Notes: generated by a model not told the origin, from the sequence alone. A stretch of 32,393 bases of DNA from Candidatus Eiseniibacteriota bacterium (GCA_044222065.1 JBGAOA010000048.1:1-32393); one strand, 5' to 3'. Numbered from the stretch's first letter, positions 8,759 to 20,332 are shown. Numbers and translations: made by a program.

Positions 8759-9556
8759 ATGGACGCCCGCGTACCCGATGGAGCGATCGCTCGCGTCTCG
8801 ACGCGCGGCGTGGAGCGCTGGGTGCGGGGAGAGGCCGGCGCCCTGCTCGCGCTCGACGGCCCGCCGTGGTCGGGCGGGCGCGCGACCGGCGAGCGCCCCG
8901 ATCCCGGCGAGTCGCGCCTGCTCGCGCCGGTGGCGCCGACCAAGATCGTGTGCGTCGGGCTCAACTACCGAGCCCACGTCGCGGAGAGCCAGACCGTGGT
9001 CGCCGGCGCGACGCCGCCGGACGAGCCGCTGCTCTTCCTCAAGCCTCCGAGTGCCATCGTCGGCCCGGGCGAGCCGATCCGTCATCCGCCCGGCGTGACT
9101 CGCATGGATCCCGAGGCCGAACTCGCGCTCGTCGTCGGCCGGCGCGCGCGCGACACGTCCCCGGCCGACGCACTCGGGCATCTCGCCGGCTTCACGTGCT
9201 TCAACGACGTGAGCGCGCGCAACTACCAGAAGAGCGATCACCAGTGGGCGCGGGCGAAGGGCTTCGACACGTTCGCGCCCGTCGGACCGTGGATCGTGCC
9301 CGGGCTCGACCCTCGCGCGCTCGAGGTCGTCTGCCGGGTGAACGGCGAGAGGCGGCAGCACGGCTTCACGCGCGATCTCATCTTCGACGTCGCGTGGCTC
9401 GTCGCGCACGTGTCGCGCATCATGACGCTCGAGCCGGGCGACGTGATCGCGACCGGAACGCCGGCCGGCGTCGCGCCGATCGCGATCGGCGACCGCGTCG
9501 AGGTCGAGGTGACGGGCGTCGGAGTGCTCGCGAATCCCGTGGAGGCGTGGCGGTGA
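8759..9556 (+). CDS. Fumarylacetoacetate hydrolase (FAH) family protein
   Basis: PTKIVCVGLNY, EPLLFLKP, EAELALVVG, FNDVSAR, WARAKGFDTFAPVGP, TLEPGDVIATGTPAGV. Start uncertain (in-frame ATG at 8759; alternative at 8702). Confidence 0.92.
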   Translation: MDARVPDGAIARVSTRGVERWVRGEAGALLALDGPPWSGGRATGERPDPGESRLLAPVAPTKIVCVGLNYRAHVAESQTVVAGATPPDEPLLFLKPPSAIVGPGEPIRHPPGVTRMDPEAELALVVGRRARDTSPADALGHLAGFTCFNDVSARNYQKSDHQWARAKGFDTFAPVGPWIVPGLDPRALEVVCRVNGERRQHGFTRDLIFDVAWLVAHVSRIMTLEPGDVIATGTPAGVAPIAIGDRVEVEVTGVGVLANPVEAWR

Positions 9557-11124
9557 GCGGGCCGTTCGACGTCGTGATCCGGAACGCTTCGCCGTGGACC
9601 GACGGCGCGCGCGTGCGCGGCGCCGACGCGCTCGCGATCGCGGGCGGACGCATCGCGGCGCTCGGCTCGGGTCGCGAACTGCTCGCGGGACTCCGTCCGG
9701 GCGGCGCCGAACTCGACGCCCGGGGTGCGACGGTCACGCCCGGCTGCACCGACGCGCACCTGCACCTGCTCGCGTGGGCCCGTGCGCGCGCGGAACTCGC
9801 GCTCCACGATGCCGGCTCCGCGGCCGAGTGCGCGTCGCGCGTCGCGAGGCGGCGCGCGGAAGCGCCGGGATCCGTGATCCGCGGGCGCGGGTGGGACTCG
9901 AACGAGTGGCCCGACCGGCCGTCCCGTGCCCTGCTCGATGCCGCCTCACCGGGGACGCCGGTGCTGCTCCACTCGAAGGACTTCCACGCGCTGTGGGTGA
10001 ACGGCGCGGCGTTCGAGGCGGCGGGCGTGTCCGAGCGCGTCGCCGACCCGCCCGGCGGTCGCTTCGAACGCGACGCGGCGGGCGCGCTCACGGGGGTCGT
10101 GCGCGAGCACGCGGTGCGCGCCTTCGCGCCGCTGCTCGGCGCGGCGCCGCTCGCGGACGACGGGCTGTTCGCCGCGTGCGCCGAACTGCACGCCGCCGGC
10201 GTGACCGCCGTGCACGACTTCGAGGACGCCGAGTCGTTGCGACGGCTGCCCGCGATCGCGGCCGAGGCGCGCGGCGTGCGCGTGCTCGCGAACCTGCCGC
10301 ACGCGCGTCTCGACGAGGCGCTCGCGCTCGGCGTCGCGAGCGGCGTCGGCGACGACCGCTTCCGCCTCGGCGCGGTGAAGCTGTTCGCCGACGGGACGCT
10401 CGGCTCGCGCACGGCGGCGATGCTCGCGCCCTACGACGGCTCGGACGAGCGCGGACTCGAGCTGCTCGTCCCGGAGGCGCTGAACCGCGACGTGGCGCGC
10501 GCGCTCGCGGGCGGCATCGCCGTCGCCGTGCACGCGATCGGCGATCGCGCGACGCGCAACGTGCTCGACGCGTTCGCCGGCGCCCGAGACGCGCTCCGGG
10601 TCCCGCGGCTCCCGAGCCGCATCGAACACCTGCAGCTCGTGCATCCCGAGGACGCGCCCCGGCTCGCCGCGCTCGGGCTCGTCGCGAGCATGCAGCCCGC
10701 GCACTGCACCGCCGACATCGCGATCGCCGAACGCCACTGGGGCTCGCGGCGCGAGCACGCGTACGCGTGGCGACGCTTCGAGAGGCTCGGCGTTCCGCTC
10801 GCGTTCGGCTCCGACGCGCCGGTCGAGCCGCCGAGCGTCGCCGAGGGTCTCGCCTCGGCGCTCACGCGCGAGCGCGCCGACGGCACGCCCGCCGGCGGGT
10901 GGGTGCCGGGCGAGCGCCTCGATCTCGATCGCGCGCTCGCCGCCTACACCGAGGCGCCGGCGCGCGTCGCCGGAAGCTGGCCGCGGCTCGGAACGCTGCG
11001 CGCGGGCGCGCGCGCCGACGTCGTCGTGTGGAGCGCGGACCTCTTCGCGCTCGATCCCCGGGAACTCCGCGGCGTCCACGCGGCATTCACGCTGCTCGAC
11101 GGCGCGATCGTCGGTTCGCGCTGA
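9553..11124 (+). CDS. Metal-dependent amidohydrolase, YtcJ-like (Amidohydro_3)
   Basis: PGCTDAHLH, DFHALWVN, KLFADGTLGSRTA, HAIGDRA, RIEH, SMQPAH, FGSDAPVE. GTG start overlaps the FAH stop (GTGA). Confidence 0.9.
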   Translation: MSGPFDVVIRNASPWTDGARVRGADALAIAGGRIAALGSGRELLAGLRPGGAELDARGATVTPGCTDAHLHLLAWARARAELALHDAGSAAECASRVARRRAEAPGSVIRGRGWDSNEWPDRPSRALLDAASPGTPVLLHSKDFHALWVNGAAFEAAGVSERVADPPGGRFERDAAGALTGVVREHAVRAFAPLLGAAPLADDGLFAACAELHAAGVTAVHDFEDAESLRRLPAIAAEARGVRVLANLPHARLDEALALGVASGVGDDRFRLGAVKLFADGTLGSRTAAMLAPYDGSDERGLELLVPEALNRDVARALAGGIAVAVHAIGDRATRNVLDAFAGARDALRVPRLPSRIEHLQLVHPEDAPRLAALGLVASMQPAHCTADIAIAERHWGSRREHAYAWRRFERLGVPLAFGSDAPVEPPSVAEGLASALTRERADGTPAGGWVPGERLDLDRALAAYTEAPARVAGSWPRLGTLRAGARADVVVWSADLFALDPRELRGVHAAFTLLDGAIVGSR

Positions 11125-11171
11125 CCGCGCATTCGCGCGCGGGAGCGGGGCCGAGTATTCTGCGGCGGACC

Positions 11172-11789
11172 ATGACACCCACCTACAAGACCCGGTCGGA
11201 CGCCGAACTCGTCGTCGCGGCGCAGGGGGGAGACACGCGCGCGTTCGACGAGCTGGTCGAGCGCTACCGCGACAAGGTCTACCGCCTGTCGTTCAAGATC
11301 CTGCGCAACGAGGACGACGCTTCGGAGGCGCTGCAGGACGCGTTCCTGTCGGCGTTCCGCGGGCTCAAGAACTTCAAGGCGCAGTCCACGTTCTCGACCT
11401 GGCTCTACCGCATCGCGACGAACGCGAGCCTGATGAAGTACCGCAAGCGTCGCGACGGCCACGTGTCGCTCGACCAGCCGCAGCCGGGCGGCGACGGGCA
11501 GGAGGCGCTCCAGCTTCCGGACTGGTCGGCGCAGCCGCTCGACGAACTCGTCGACGACGAGACGCTGAACGTCATGTGGGAGGGCGTCGCGGGGCTCGGC
11601 GAGGACGACCGGCAGGTGTTCCTGCTGCGCGACGTGGCCGAGAAGTCCAATGCCGAAGTGGCCGAGGAACTCGGGCTCACGATCGCCGCCGTGAAGTCGC
11701 GCCTGCATCGCGCGCGCATCCGGCTGCGCGACCGCCTCAACCGCTACTTCAACGACAGGCTCACGAAGCGGGGCCGCCCGCGCGCGTGA
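11172..11789 (+). CDS. ECF-type RNA polymerase sigma factor
   Basis: DAELV...GDTRAFDELVERY, LQDAFL, FSTWLYRIATN (region 2), EVAEELG...AVKSRLHRAR (region 4); 205 aa from ATG 11172. Confidence 0.92.
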   Translation: MTPTYKTRSDAELVVAAQGGDTRAFDELVERYRDKVYRLSFKILRNEDDASEALQDAFLSAFRGLKNFKAQSTFSTWLYRIATNASLMKYRKRRDGHVSLDQPQPGGDGQEALQLPDWSAQPLDELVDDETLNVMWEGVAGLGEDDRQVFLLRDVAEKSNAEVAEELGLTIAAVKSRLHRARIRLRDRLNRYFNDRLTKRGRPRA

Positions 11790-12567
11790 GGCTCCACACG
11801 ATCCACGCGGCGAGCGCGACGCGGTAGGCGAAGAAGGCTCCGAACCCCGCGCGCGCGAGGAACCTGAGGAGGCCACGGATGGCGAGCACTCCGACGATCG
11901 CCGCGGTCGCGACGCCGACGAGCAGCGTCGCCGCGGGCACGTCGTGGGGCAGATGCCGCGCTTCGAGCAGCGACGCGCCGAACGTGATCGGCGTCGCGAG
12001 CAGGAACGAGAAGCGCGCGGCCGACACGCGCGAGAGGCCCGCTGCGCGCCCGGTCGTCATCGTGACTCCGGAGCGCGAGACGCCCGGAACGAGCGCGACC
12101 GCCTGCGCGACGCCCACGGCGAGGCAGGTGCCCCAGCCGGGTACGTCCGCGTCGCGTCCGCGCGGGCCGAAGCGGTCCACGGCCCACAGCAGCGCGCCGA
12201 ACACGACGAGCGTCACCGCCTGGATCGGGAGCGCGCGCAGCCAGCGGTCGGCGGCGTCCTGCAGCAGCACGCCGGCGATCGCGGCCGGCACGCTCGCGAT
12301 CGCGAGCTTCACGAACAGGTCGCGGGCGCGGGTGCGCTTCGCCGCATCGGAGGCGAACAGGCCGGTCGCGAGCGCCCACCACTCGCCCCAGTACGCGAAC
12401 AACAGCGCGAGCAGCGTGCCGAAGTGGAGCGCGACGTCGAACGCGAGCCCCTCGTACTTCCATCCCAGCAGCGTCGGCACCACGTACAGGTGCGCGCTGC
12501 TCGAGATGGGGAGGAACTCGGTGAGGCCCTGGATCGCGCCGAGCACGGCCGCCTGCAGTGGAGACAT
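11761..12567 (-). CDS. uppP: Undecaprenyl-diphosphate phosphatase (BacA)
   Basis: QGLTEFLPISSSAH, FDVALHFGT, ALVPGVSRSG, AARFSFLL. ATG at 12567; 268 aa, hydrophobic. Confidence 0.95.
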   Translation of the reverse strand: MSPLQAAVLGAIQGLTEFLPISSSAHLYVVPTLLGWKYEGLAFDVALHFGTLLALLFAYWGEWWALATGLFASDAAKRTRARDLFVKLAIASVPAAIAGVLLQDAADRWLRALPIQAVTLVVFGALLWAVDRFGPRGRDADVPGWGTCLAVGVAQAVALVPGVSRSGVTMTTGRAAGLSRVSAARFSFLLATPITFGASLLEARHLPHDVPAATLLVGVATAAIVGVLAIRGLLRFLARAGFGAFFAYRVALAAWIVWSLTRAGGPAS

Positions 12568-12621
12568 GGCCGCGCAACCTAGCACGCGGGTTTCGGAGCG
12601 TCCATCGGCGGAGCGGCGCGC

Positions 12622-14211
<1,590 letters not shown>

Positions 14212-14221
14212 GGCGCGCCGC

Positions 14222-15388
14222 TCAGGCGCGCTTCGCCCACGCCCGTTTCCACAGCGCCCCGAACACGACGAACGCGCGCAGGCGGTCCTTCCGGAACGGC
14301 GTCGTCAGCAGTTCGATCGCGATCCACGCGCCGTACACGACGCACATCTCCTCGCGCCACTCGGGGCGGAGGAACTGCGCGAGCCACAGCACGAACAACA
14401 CGCCGGCCTCGTATGCCTGGAAGTTGAAGTTCGCGAGCAGCAGCACGCCGAGGATGCCCTGCAGCAGCGTCAGCACGACCTCGACGCGGTGTTCCGTGAT
14501 CGGCACGGCGGCGACGTGTCCGAGCGACACCGAGTACACGATCGGGATCATCGCGGCGAGCATCGTCCACTGGTTGATGTTGCTCGACGCCATGTTCATG
14601 AGCGCCATGCCGGCCTTGCCGCGCGAGCGCGCCCAGTAGGACGTGCTCACGAACTCGGGGAACTCGCTCAGGAACGGCGCCATCCACTGCACGAACACGA
14701 ACTGCGGCACGCCGAGCACGGCGGCGAGCCCGAGCATGCTCGTCAGGAACGGGTTCGCCGCGAAGTAGAGGAGCGCGCCGCCCGCGAGGAACAGTCCGGC
14801 GATGACGTAGAACTGGAGCGGCTTCGGGATGCGCAGCACCGCCTTCGGCACCGCTTCGAGGTCGCCCGCTTCCTCGTGCTCGCGCGCCGGCAGCCGGTTC
14901 AGGAACGCGAGGTAGGCGACGTACATCGCGACGAGTACGGCCGAGTCCACGCAGTCGAGCGTGCCCTTCCAGACGATCCAGCCGAACCACGCGAGCGGCG
15001 GCGCGAGCCCGACGATCTCGGCGGCGTGTTCCTCGTCGAGCCGGATCGTCGGCCACGCGGAGCGGTTGCCGCGCGCCCGCTCGTTGATCGCGAACACGAC
15101 CCAGATCGTCGGCCAGCCGAGCCCCGTGAGGAGCCGCAGCGCGCCGGTGAAGTTCGCGGTCATGAGCGGCACGTTCTGGTGCCACGCGATCACCGCTTCG
15201 ACCGCGAACTCGGGCAGCACCTGCACCCACGCGAGCACCGCGAGCGCGAGCCCCTGCGAGACGTAGAACTGCGCGGACTCGGCGCCCCACGCGACGATGA
15301 ACGCGCTCAGCAGGACCGACGGGAACGTCCAGAACGCCGAACTCGCGGCCTGCCGGGCGTTCTGCGGGTCGAGCTGCGCGGGATCCAT
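14222..15388 (-). CDS. Cation/Ca2+ exchanger (CaCA superfamily) membrane protein
   Basis: About 10 hydrophobic segments with two alpha-repeat-like motifs (QVLPEFAVE...ANFTGA and SEFPEF...SSNINQWT) around an acidic loop. ATG 15388; 388 aa. Confidence 0.75.
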   Translation of the reverse strand: MDPAQLDPQNARQAASSAFWTFPSVLLSAFIVAWGAESAQFYVSQGLALAVLAWVQVLPEFAVEAVIAWHQNVPLMTANFTGALRLLTGLGWPTIWVVFAINERARGNRSAWPTIRLDEEHAAEIVGLAPPLAWFGWIVWKGTLDCVDSAVLVAMYVAYLAFLNRLPAREHEEAGDLEAVPKAVLRIPKPLQFYVIAGLFLAGGALLYFAANPFLTSMLGLAAVLGVPQFVFVQWMAPFLSEFPEFVSTSYWARSRGKAGMALMNMASSNINQWTMLAAMIPIVYSVSLGHVAAVPITEHRVEVVLTLLQGILGVLLLANFNFQAYEAGVLFVLWLAQFLRPEWREEMCVVYGAWIAIELLTTPFRKDRLRAFVVFGALWKRAWAKRA

Positions 15389-15451
15389 CGTGTCTTGGGT
15401 CTCGGGTCGAACTTGAGCGGCGAAGGGGGCGGCGGATACTGTCCGACGCCC

Positions 15452-16072
15452 ATGACGCGCGCAACCCGACCCTCGTCCCGCACGCCGCGCTCGACCGCCC
15501 CGCTGCTCGCCTTCGCCGCCGCCGGCGCGCGCGCCGATGCCGCGGCCGCGCGCCGTGCGCTCGACGCCGCCCGCCGCGCGGGCTGGCCGCGCGTCGCGTT
15601 CGAGGAGACCGCGCTGATGCTCGTGCTGCACGCGGGCTATCCGAGCGCGCTCGAGGCCTTCGCGCTGCTGAACCGCGCGTGGCCGGGGGAGGCGCGCCGC
15701 ACGCGCGAAGGGGGCGTCTCGTCGTGGCGGCGCCGCGGCGAGGCGCTGTGCCGCCGCGTCTACGACTCGACCTACGAGCGGCTCGTCGCGAACGTCGAGC
15801 GGCTGCATCCCGATCTCGCGGTCATGATGGTCGAGCAGGGATACGGACGCGTGCTCTCGCGCCCGGGGCTCGGGGCGGTCGAGCGCGAGCTCGTCGCCGT
15901 GACCGTGCTCGCCGCCGGGGGATGGGAGCGCCAGCTCGTGAGCCACCTGCTCGGCTCTCGGTGCGCGTCGGAGCGCCGCGCGCGCGCGCTGCGCGCGCCG
16001 CCGCCTCGCCGGCTCGCGGGCGCCCACGCCGCGCGGGCCTGGAAGACCGCGTTCCCCAAGCGCGACGACTGA
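15452..16072 (+). CDS. Carboxymuconolactone decarboxylase (CMD/AhpD-like) family protein
   Basis: EETALMLVLHAGYP, LHPDLA...EQGYGRVLSRPGL...RELVAV...QLVSHL. The C-terminus after ~15955 looks possibly frameshifted. Confidence 0.75.
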   Translation: MTRATRPSSRTPRSTAPLLAFAAAGARADAAAARRALDAARRAGWPRVAFEETALMLVLHAGYPSALEAFALLNRAWPGEARRTREGGVSSWRRRGEALCRRVYDSTYERLVANVERLHPDLAVMMVEQGYGRVLSRPGLGAVERELVAVTVLAAGGWERQLVSHLLGSRCASERRARALRAPPPRRLAGAHAARAWKTAFPKRDD

Positions 16073-16134
16073 CGCGCGCGGACGGCGGCGATTTTTCCCG
16101 CGCGCTGCGCGTCCGCGCGGGCTAGGATTCCGCC

Positions 16135-16995
16135 GTGCGCCCGCGAGTCCCGCCCCTCGTCCGCCCGATCGTCGCGCTGTGCTGCGTGGCGCTCGGCGCC
16201 GTCGCGCCCGCCGCCGCGCTCGCGCACGGCGACGCGCACGAACGTCTCGTCGCGCTCGACGAGGCGCTGCGCTCGCGCCCTCGCGATGCGCTCCTGTGGC
16301 TCGAGCGCGCCGAGGCCTGGCGCTCGGACGGCGCGTGCGACTCCGCGCTCGCCGACGTCGGGCGCGCCCGCGCGCTCGATCCCGCGCTTCCGGGGCTCGA
16401 CCTCGCCGCCGGCGCGGCGTACCTCGAAGCCGGTCGCGCCGCCGAGGCCGAGGCGTCGCTCACGCGCGCCGTGCGCCTCGAGCCCGCGCGGGCGGAGGCG
16501 TGGCGGATGCGCGCACGCGCGCGTCTCGCGCTCGGCCGGCCGCTCGCGGCGGCCGACGATCTCGCTTCGGCGCTCGCGCTGCCCGAGACGCCGCGGCCCG
16601 AGGACTTCGTCGCGCGCGCCGCGGCGCTGCGCGCGGGCGGGCGGCCGGACGACGAGGCGCTCGCCGTGCTCGATTCCGGCATCGTCCGGCTCGGCTCGAC
16701 GCCGGCGCTCGACGAGGCGGCGCTCTCGATCGAGCGCGCGCTCGGGCGCTTCGACGCCGCGCTCGCGCGGATCGAGCGCGGCCGGGCGTGGCGCACGGAC
16801 GCCGAACTCGCGCTCCGTCGCGGCGAACTGCAGGCGGCGGCGGGCCGCACGCTCGAGGCGCGCGCCGAGTACTCGGACGCGCTCGCGCGGCTTTCGGCGT
16901 GGAGTCCCGCGCGACGTGCGCGTCCGGCCACGCGCGTACTCGAACGCGCGGCGCTCGACGGGCTCGCGCGGCTCGACGCAGGCGGCCGGCCGTGA
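16135..16995 (+). CDS. Secreted tetratricopeptide-repeat (TPR) protein
   Basis: Signal peptide ending A-L-A then HGDAHE; repeated helical TPR-like units (ALADVGRARALDP, AEASLTRAVRLEP, LGRFDAAL). Confidence 0.75.
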   Translation: MRPRVPPLVRPIVALCCVALGAVAPAAALAHGDAHERLVALDEALRSRPRDALLWLERAEAWRSDGACDSALADVGRARALDPALPGLDLAAGAAYLEAGRAAEAEASLTRAVRLEPARAEAWRMRARARLALGRPLAAADDLASALALPETPRPEDFVARAAALRAGGRPDDEALAVLDSGIVRLGSTPALDEAALSIERALGRFDAALARIERGRAWRTDAELALRRGELQAAAGRTLEARAEYSDALARLSAWSPARRARPATRVLERAALDGLARLDAGGRP

Positions 16996-18599
16996 CCGCC
17001 GCCCGTGGCCTCGCGCTCGCCGCGATCGCCCTCGCCGCCGCCGCCCTCGCGTTCGCCGCGGGCGCGGAGGCCGCCACAATCACGCGCGGTCCGTACCTGC
17101 AGGTGACGACGCCGACCGGCACGATCGTCCGCTGGCGCACGTTCGTCTCGACGGACGGCGTCGTGCGTTACGGGCTCGCGCCGGACGCGCTCACGCTCAG
17201 CGCGACGAGTCCGGCGTTCGGTCTCGAACACGAAGTCGCGCTGACCGGTCTCGCGCCCGCGACGCGCTACTGGTACTCGGTCGGCAGCACGGACAGCACG
17301 TTCGCGGGCGACGCGACGTACACGTTCGCGACCGCACCGCCCGCGGGCCCGGCCGTGCCGTTCCGGCTCTGGGCCGTCGGCGACGCCGGACTCGCCGGCT
17401 CCGTTCAGGCCGCCGTGCGCGACGCGTTCGCCGCGTGGACCGGAGCGCGCGGGGCCGACCTGTGGCTCATGCTCGGCGACAACGCCTACTACAGCGGCAC
17501 CGACGCCGAATACCAGGCGGGCTGCTTCACGCCGTTCGCGACGGCGCTGAGGCGCTGGCCGCTCTGGACGACGCGCGGCAACCACGACGTGCCCGCGGCC
17601 GGGCCGAACAACGACTACTACGACTTCTTCACGCTTCCAATGTCCGGCGAGGCGGGCGGAGTGCCGTCGGGCAGCGAGGCGTACTACGCGTTCGACTGGG
17701 CGAACGTCCACTTCGTGTGCCTCGACTCCGAGGACTCCGACCGCTCGCTCGGAGGTCCCATGCTGACGTGGCTGCGGGCCGATCTCGCGGCGACCGCACG
17801 CGACTGGGTGATCGCGTTCTGGCACCAGCCGCCCTACAGCAAGGGCTCGCACGATTCGGACTCGCCCGCGGAGACGCACATGCGCCAGATGCGCGAGCGC
17901 GTGCTGCCGATCCTCGACTCGCTCGGCGTGGACCTCGTGCTCACCGGCCACAGCCACTCCTACGAGCGCTCGTTCCTGCTGCGCGGGCACTACGGGCTGT
18001 CGGGCACGCTCACGTCGGCGATGAAGGCGGACTCGGGCGACGGCCGGCCGACCGGCGACGGGGCGTACGTGAAGCCGCCGGGGCGGACGCCGCACGACGG
18101 CGCGGTCTACGTCGTCGCGGGAAGCTCGGCGCAGACGAGCGGCGGCGGGCTCAACCATCCGGTCATGGTCGCGTCGCTGAACGTCGCGGGATCGCTCGTG
18201 CTGGATGTGGACGGCGATCAGATCGAGGCGCGGTTCCTCGATGCGGCGGGCGCGATCGCCGACCACTTCACGATGCTCAAGCCCGCGAACGCCGGACTCG
18301 AGCCGCCGGGCGGCGTCTCGCCGGGTCTCGGCTTCGTGAGCGGCGCGCCCAATCCCTCGCGCGGGGAGGTCGCGCTGCGCTTCGCGTTGCCGCGCGCGGG
18401 GCGCGCGTCGCTCGCGATCCACGGCGCCGACGGCCGCCGCGTCGCCACGCTGCTCGAAGGCGACCGGAGCGCGGGAACGCACGACGCGCGCTGGAGCGGC
18501 CGCGACGAGCGGGGCCGTGCGCAGCCGCCCGGCGTGTACTTCGCCGTGCTCGATCTCGACGGCGAGAAGCGGGCGCTGCGGCTCGTTCGCGTGCGCTGA
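16992..18599 (+). CDS. Secreted purple-acid-phosphatase-like metallophosphoesterase with N-terminal FN3-like domain and C-terminal FlgD-Ig/T9SS-like domain
   Basis: Signal peptide; RGPYLQ...HEVALTGLAPATRYWY; metal motifs GDAG, GDNAY, GNHD, WHQPPY, GHSHSYER; CTD PNP...GRRVATL...WSGRDERG...PGVYF. GTG start overlaps the TPR stop. Confidence 0.88.
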   Translation: MTAARGLALAAIALAAAALAFAAGAEAATITRGPYLQVTTPTGTIVRWRTFVSTDGVVRYGLAPDALTLSATSPAFGLEHEVALTGLAPATRYWYSVGSTDSTFAGDATYTFATAPPAGPAVPFRLWAVGDAGLAGSVQAAVRDAFAAWTGARGADLWLMLGDNAYYSGTDAEYQAGCFTPFATALRRWPLWTTRGNHDVPAAGPNNDYYDFFTLPMSGEAGGVPSGSEAYYAFDWANVHFVCLDSEDSDRSLGGPMLTWLRADLAATARDWVIAFWHQPPYSKGSHDSDSPAETHMRQMRERVLPILDSLGVDLVLTGHSHSYERSFLLRGHYGLSGTLTSAMKADSGDGRPTGDGAYVKPPGRTPHDGAVYVVAGSSAQTSGGGLNHPVMVASLNVAGSLVLDVDGDQIEARFLDAAGAIADHFTMLKPANAGLEPPGGVSPGLGFVSGAPNPSRGEVALRFALPRAGRASLAIHGADGRRVATLLEGDRSAGTHDARWSGRDERGRAQPPGVYFAVLDLDGEKRALRLVRVR

Positions 18600-18610
18600 C
18601 CGCCGCGCCA

Positions 18611-18639
18611 TTGACCCCCTCCGGGGCCGCGCCTAACAT
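18611..18639 (+). promoter_or_regulatory. Putative sigma70-type promoter for the bsh operon
   Basis: TTGACC (18611-18616), 17-nt spacer, TAACAT (18634-18639). Confidence 0.65.
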
Positions 18640-18720
18640 GCGCGCCCCGATGCCCCGCCTCCGCTCCGGCGCTCGCGCGCCCCGTCCCTCGACCGCCCGA
18701 TCGCGCGGAGGCCCGCGCCC

Positions 18721-20332
18721 GTGACGACCCGCGCCCTGCCGCTGCGCGCGCGCGTCGCGGGCCGTCCCGAGCCGCCCTTCGACCGGCTCTTCGACCCGCT
18801 CGTCGCCGACGTCGTCGCCGGCGGACCGCTCGCCTGCGCGCGACCGCTTCGCCACGCTGTGGACCGACGGCGAGGCGCTCGCGCGGCTCGCGGACGCGAA
18901 GCGCGCGCCGCTCGATCCCGCTCGCGCGCGAACTGCGCGACCTGCACGTGCGACTCGGCGCGTCCGCGACCTCGCTCGCGAACCTCGACCGGCTCGCGCG
19001 CGGCGAAGCCGTGTGCGCGATCGCCGGGCAGCAGCCGGCGCCGCTCGGGGGCCCGCTCTATTCGTTCCACAAGATCGCCGCCGCGGCCGGACTCGCCGCG
19101 CGCGCGAGCGCGCGCCTCGGCGGGCCGTGCGTGCCGGTGTTCTGGATGCACGGCGAGGACTCCGACTTCGAGGAGATCCGCCGCGACGATTTCCGACGCG
19201 ACGCTCGCGCGCGCGACCTGGCCCTGCCCGCGGACGCGCATCGCGACGGCGGGCTCGTCGGCTCGGTGTCCGTCGCGACGCTCGATCCGCTCGAGCGCGA
19301 AGCACTCGCGACGTTCGAGGCCGTCCCGGCGCCGGCGACGCGCGCACCCTGCTCGAACGCGCGCGCGCGGGCGCCCGCGATCTCGGCGAGGCGTACGCGG
19401 CGCTCGCGCTCGCGGCGTTCGCCGAAGCCGGCCTCGTCGTGCTGGACCCGCGCCTGCCCGCGTTCCGCGCCGCGGCGCGCCCGATCCTCGAGCGCTACCT
19501 CGCGAACGCGGGCGCGCTGTCCGCCGCGGCGCGCGCGGCGGGCGACGCGCTGGAGGCGCGGGGCGCGCGGCGCGCGCTCACCGACGCGACGCTCGAATCG
19601 TTCGTGTTCCGCATCGAGGACGGCGCGCGCGTCAAGGTCGGTGCGGCGGAGGCGCGCGCGGCCGCGACGCTGTCGCCGAACGTCGCGCTCAGGCCCGCGG
19701 TGCAGGACGGCGTCCTGCCGACGGTCGTCATGGCGTGCGGCCCGGGCGAGATCGCCTACCTCGCGCAGCTCGCCGAGGTGTTCGCCGGCGTCGGCGTGCG
19801 CGCGGCGGCGCCGGTGCCGCGCTTCGGCGCGACGTGGCTGCCGCCATCGGCCGTCGAGCTGCTCGACGTCTCGGGCGCGGAGCCGTGGGAACTCGTCGCG
19901 GGCGCGGACGCGGTGCTGCGCGCGCAGTCCGAGCGCGCCGTGCCCGAGGCGGTGCGCGCGGAGCTCGAGCAGTCGCACCGCGCCACGCTCGAGGGGCTCG
20001 AGCGGTTCGCGCTCGCGTCGGCGGGCGTGGACGCGAGCCTGCCGCAGATGGTCGAGTCCGCGCGCGGCAAGGTGGACTACCAGTTCCAGCGCCTCGCGGA
20101 GGGGCTCGCGGGGAAGGTGCGGCACCAGCTCGAACGCCGTCACCCGCAGTGGTCGAAGCTCCGCTACTACCTGTCGCCCGGCGACAAGCTGCAGGAACGC
20201 CGGCTCGCAGGACTCGAACTCGTCTCGTTCCGCGGCGCGCGGGCCGCGGCCGAACTCGTCGCGCTCGCGACCGCGCACGCCGAGCGGCTCGAATCCGGCG
20301 TGCACGAGCACGCCGTGCTGGACCTCGCATGA
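18721..20332 (+). CDS. bshC: Bacillithiol biosynthesis cysteine-adding enzyme BshC (several apparent frameshifts)
   Basis: AGQQP-x-x-LGGPLYSFHK, PVFWMHGEDSDFEE, LSPNVALRPAVQDGVLP, GPGEIAYLAQL, LQERR, spread over different frames. Breaks near 18835, 18920, 19180-19215 (compensating) and 19320. GGAGG SD at 18706-18710. Confidence 0.85.

Noticed and set aside
15452..16072. AhpD-type peroxidase activity for the CMD protein, linking it to bacillithiol redox
   Set aside because: No CxxC motif is present, so redox activity is unsupported.
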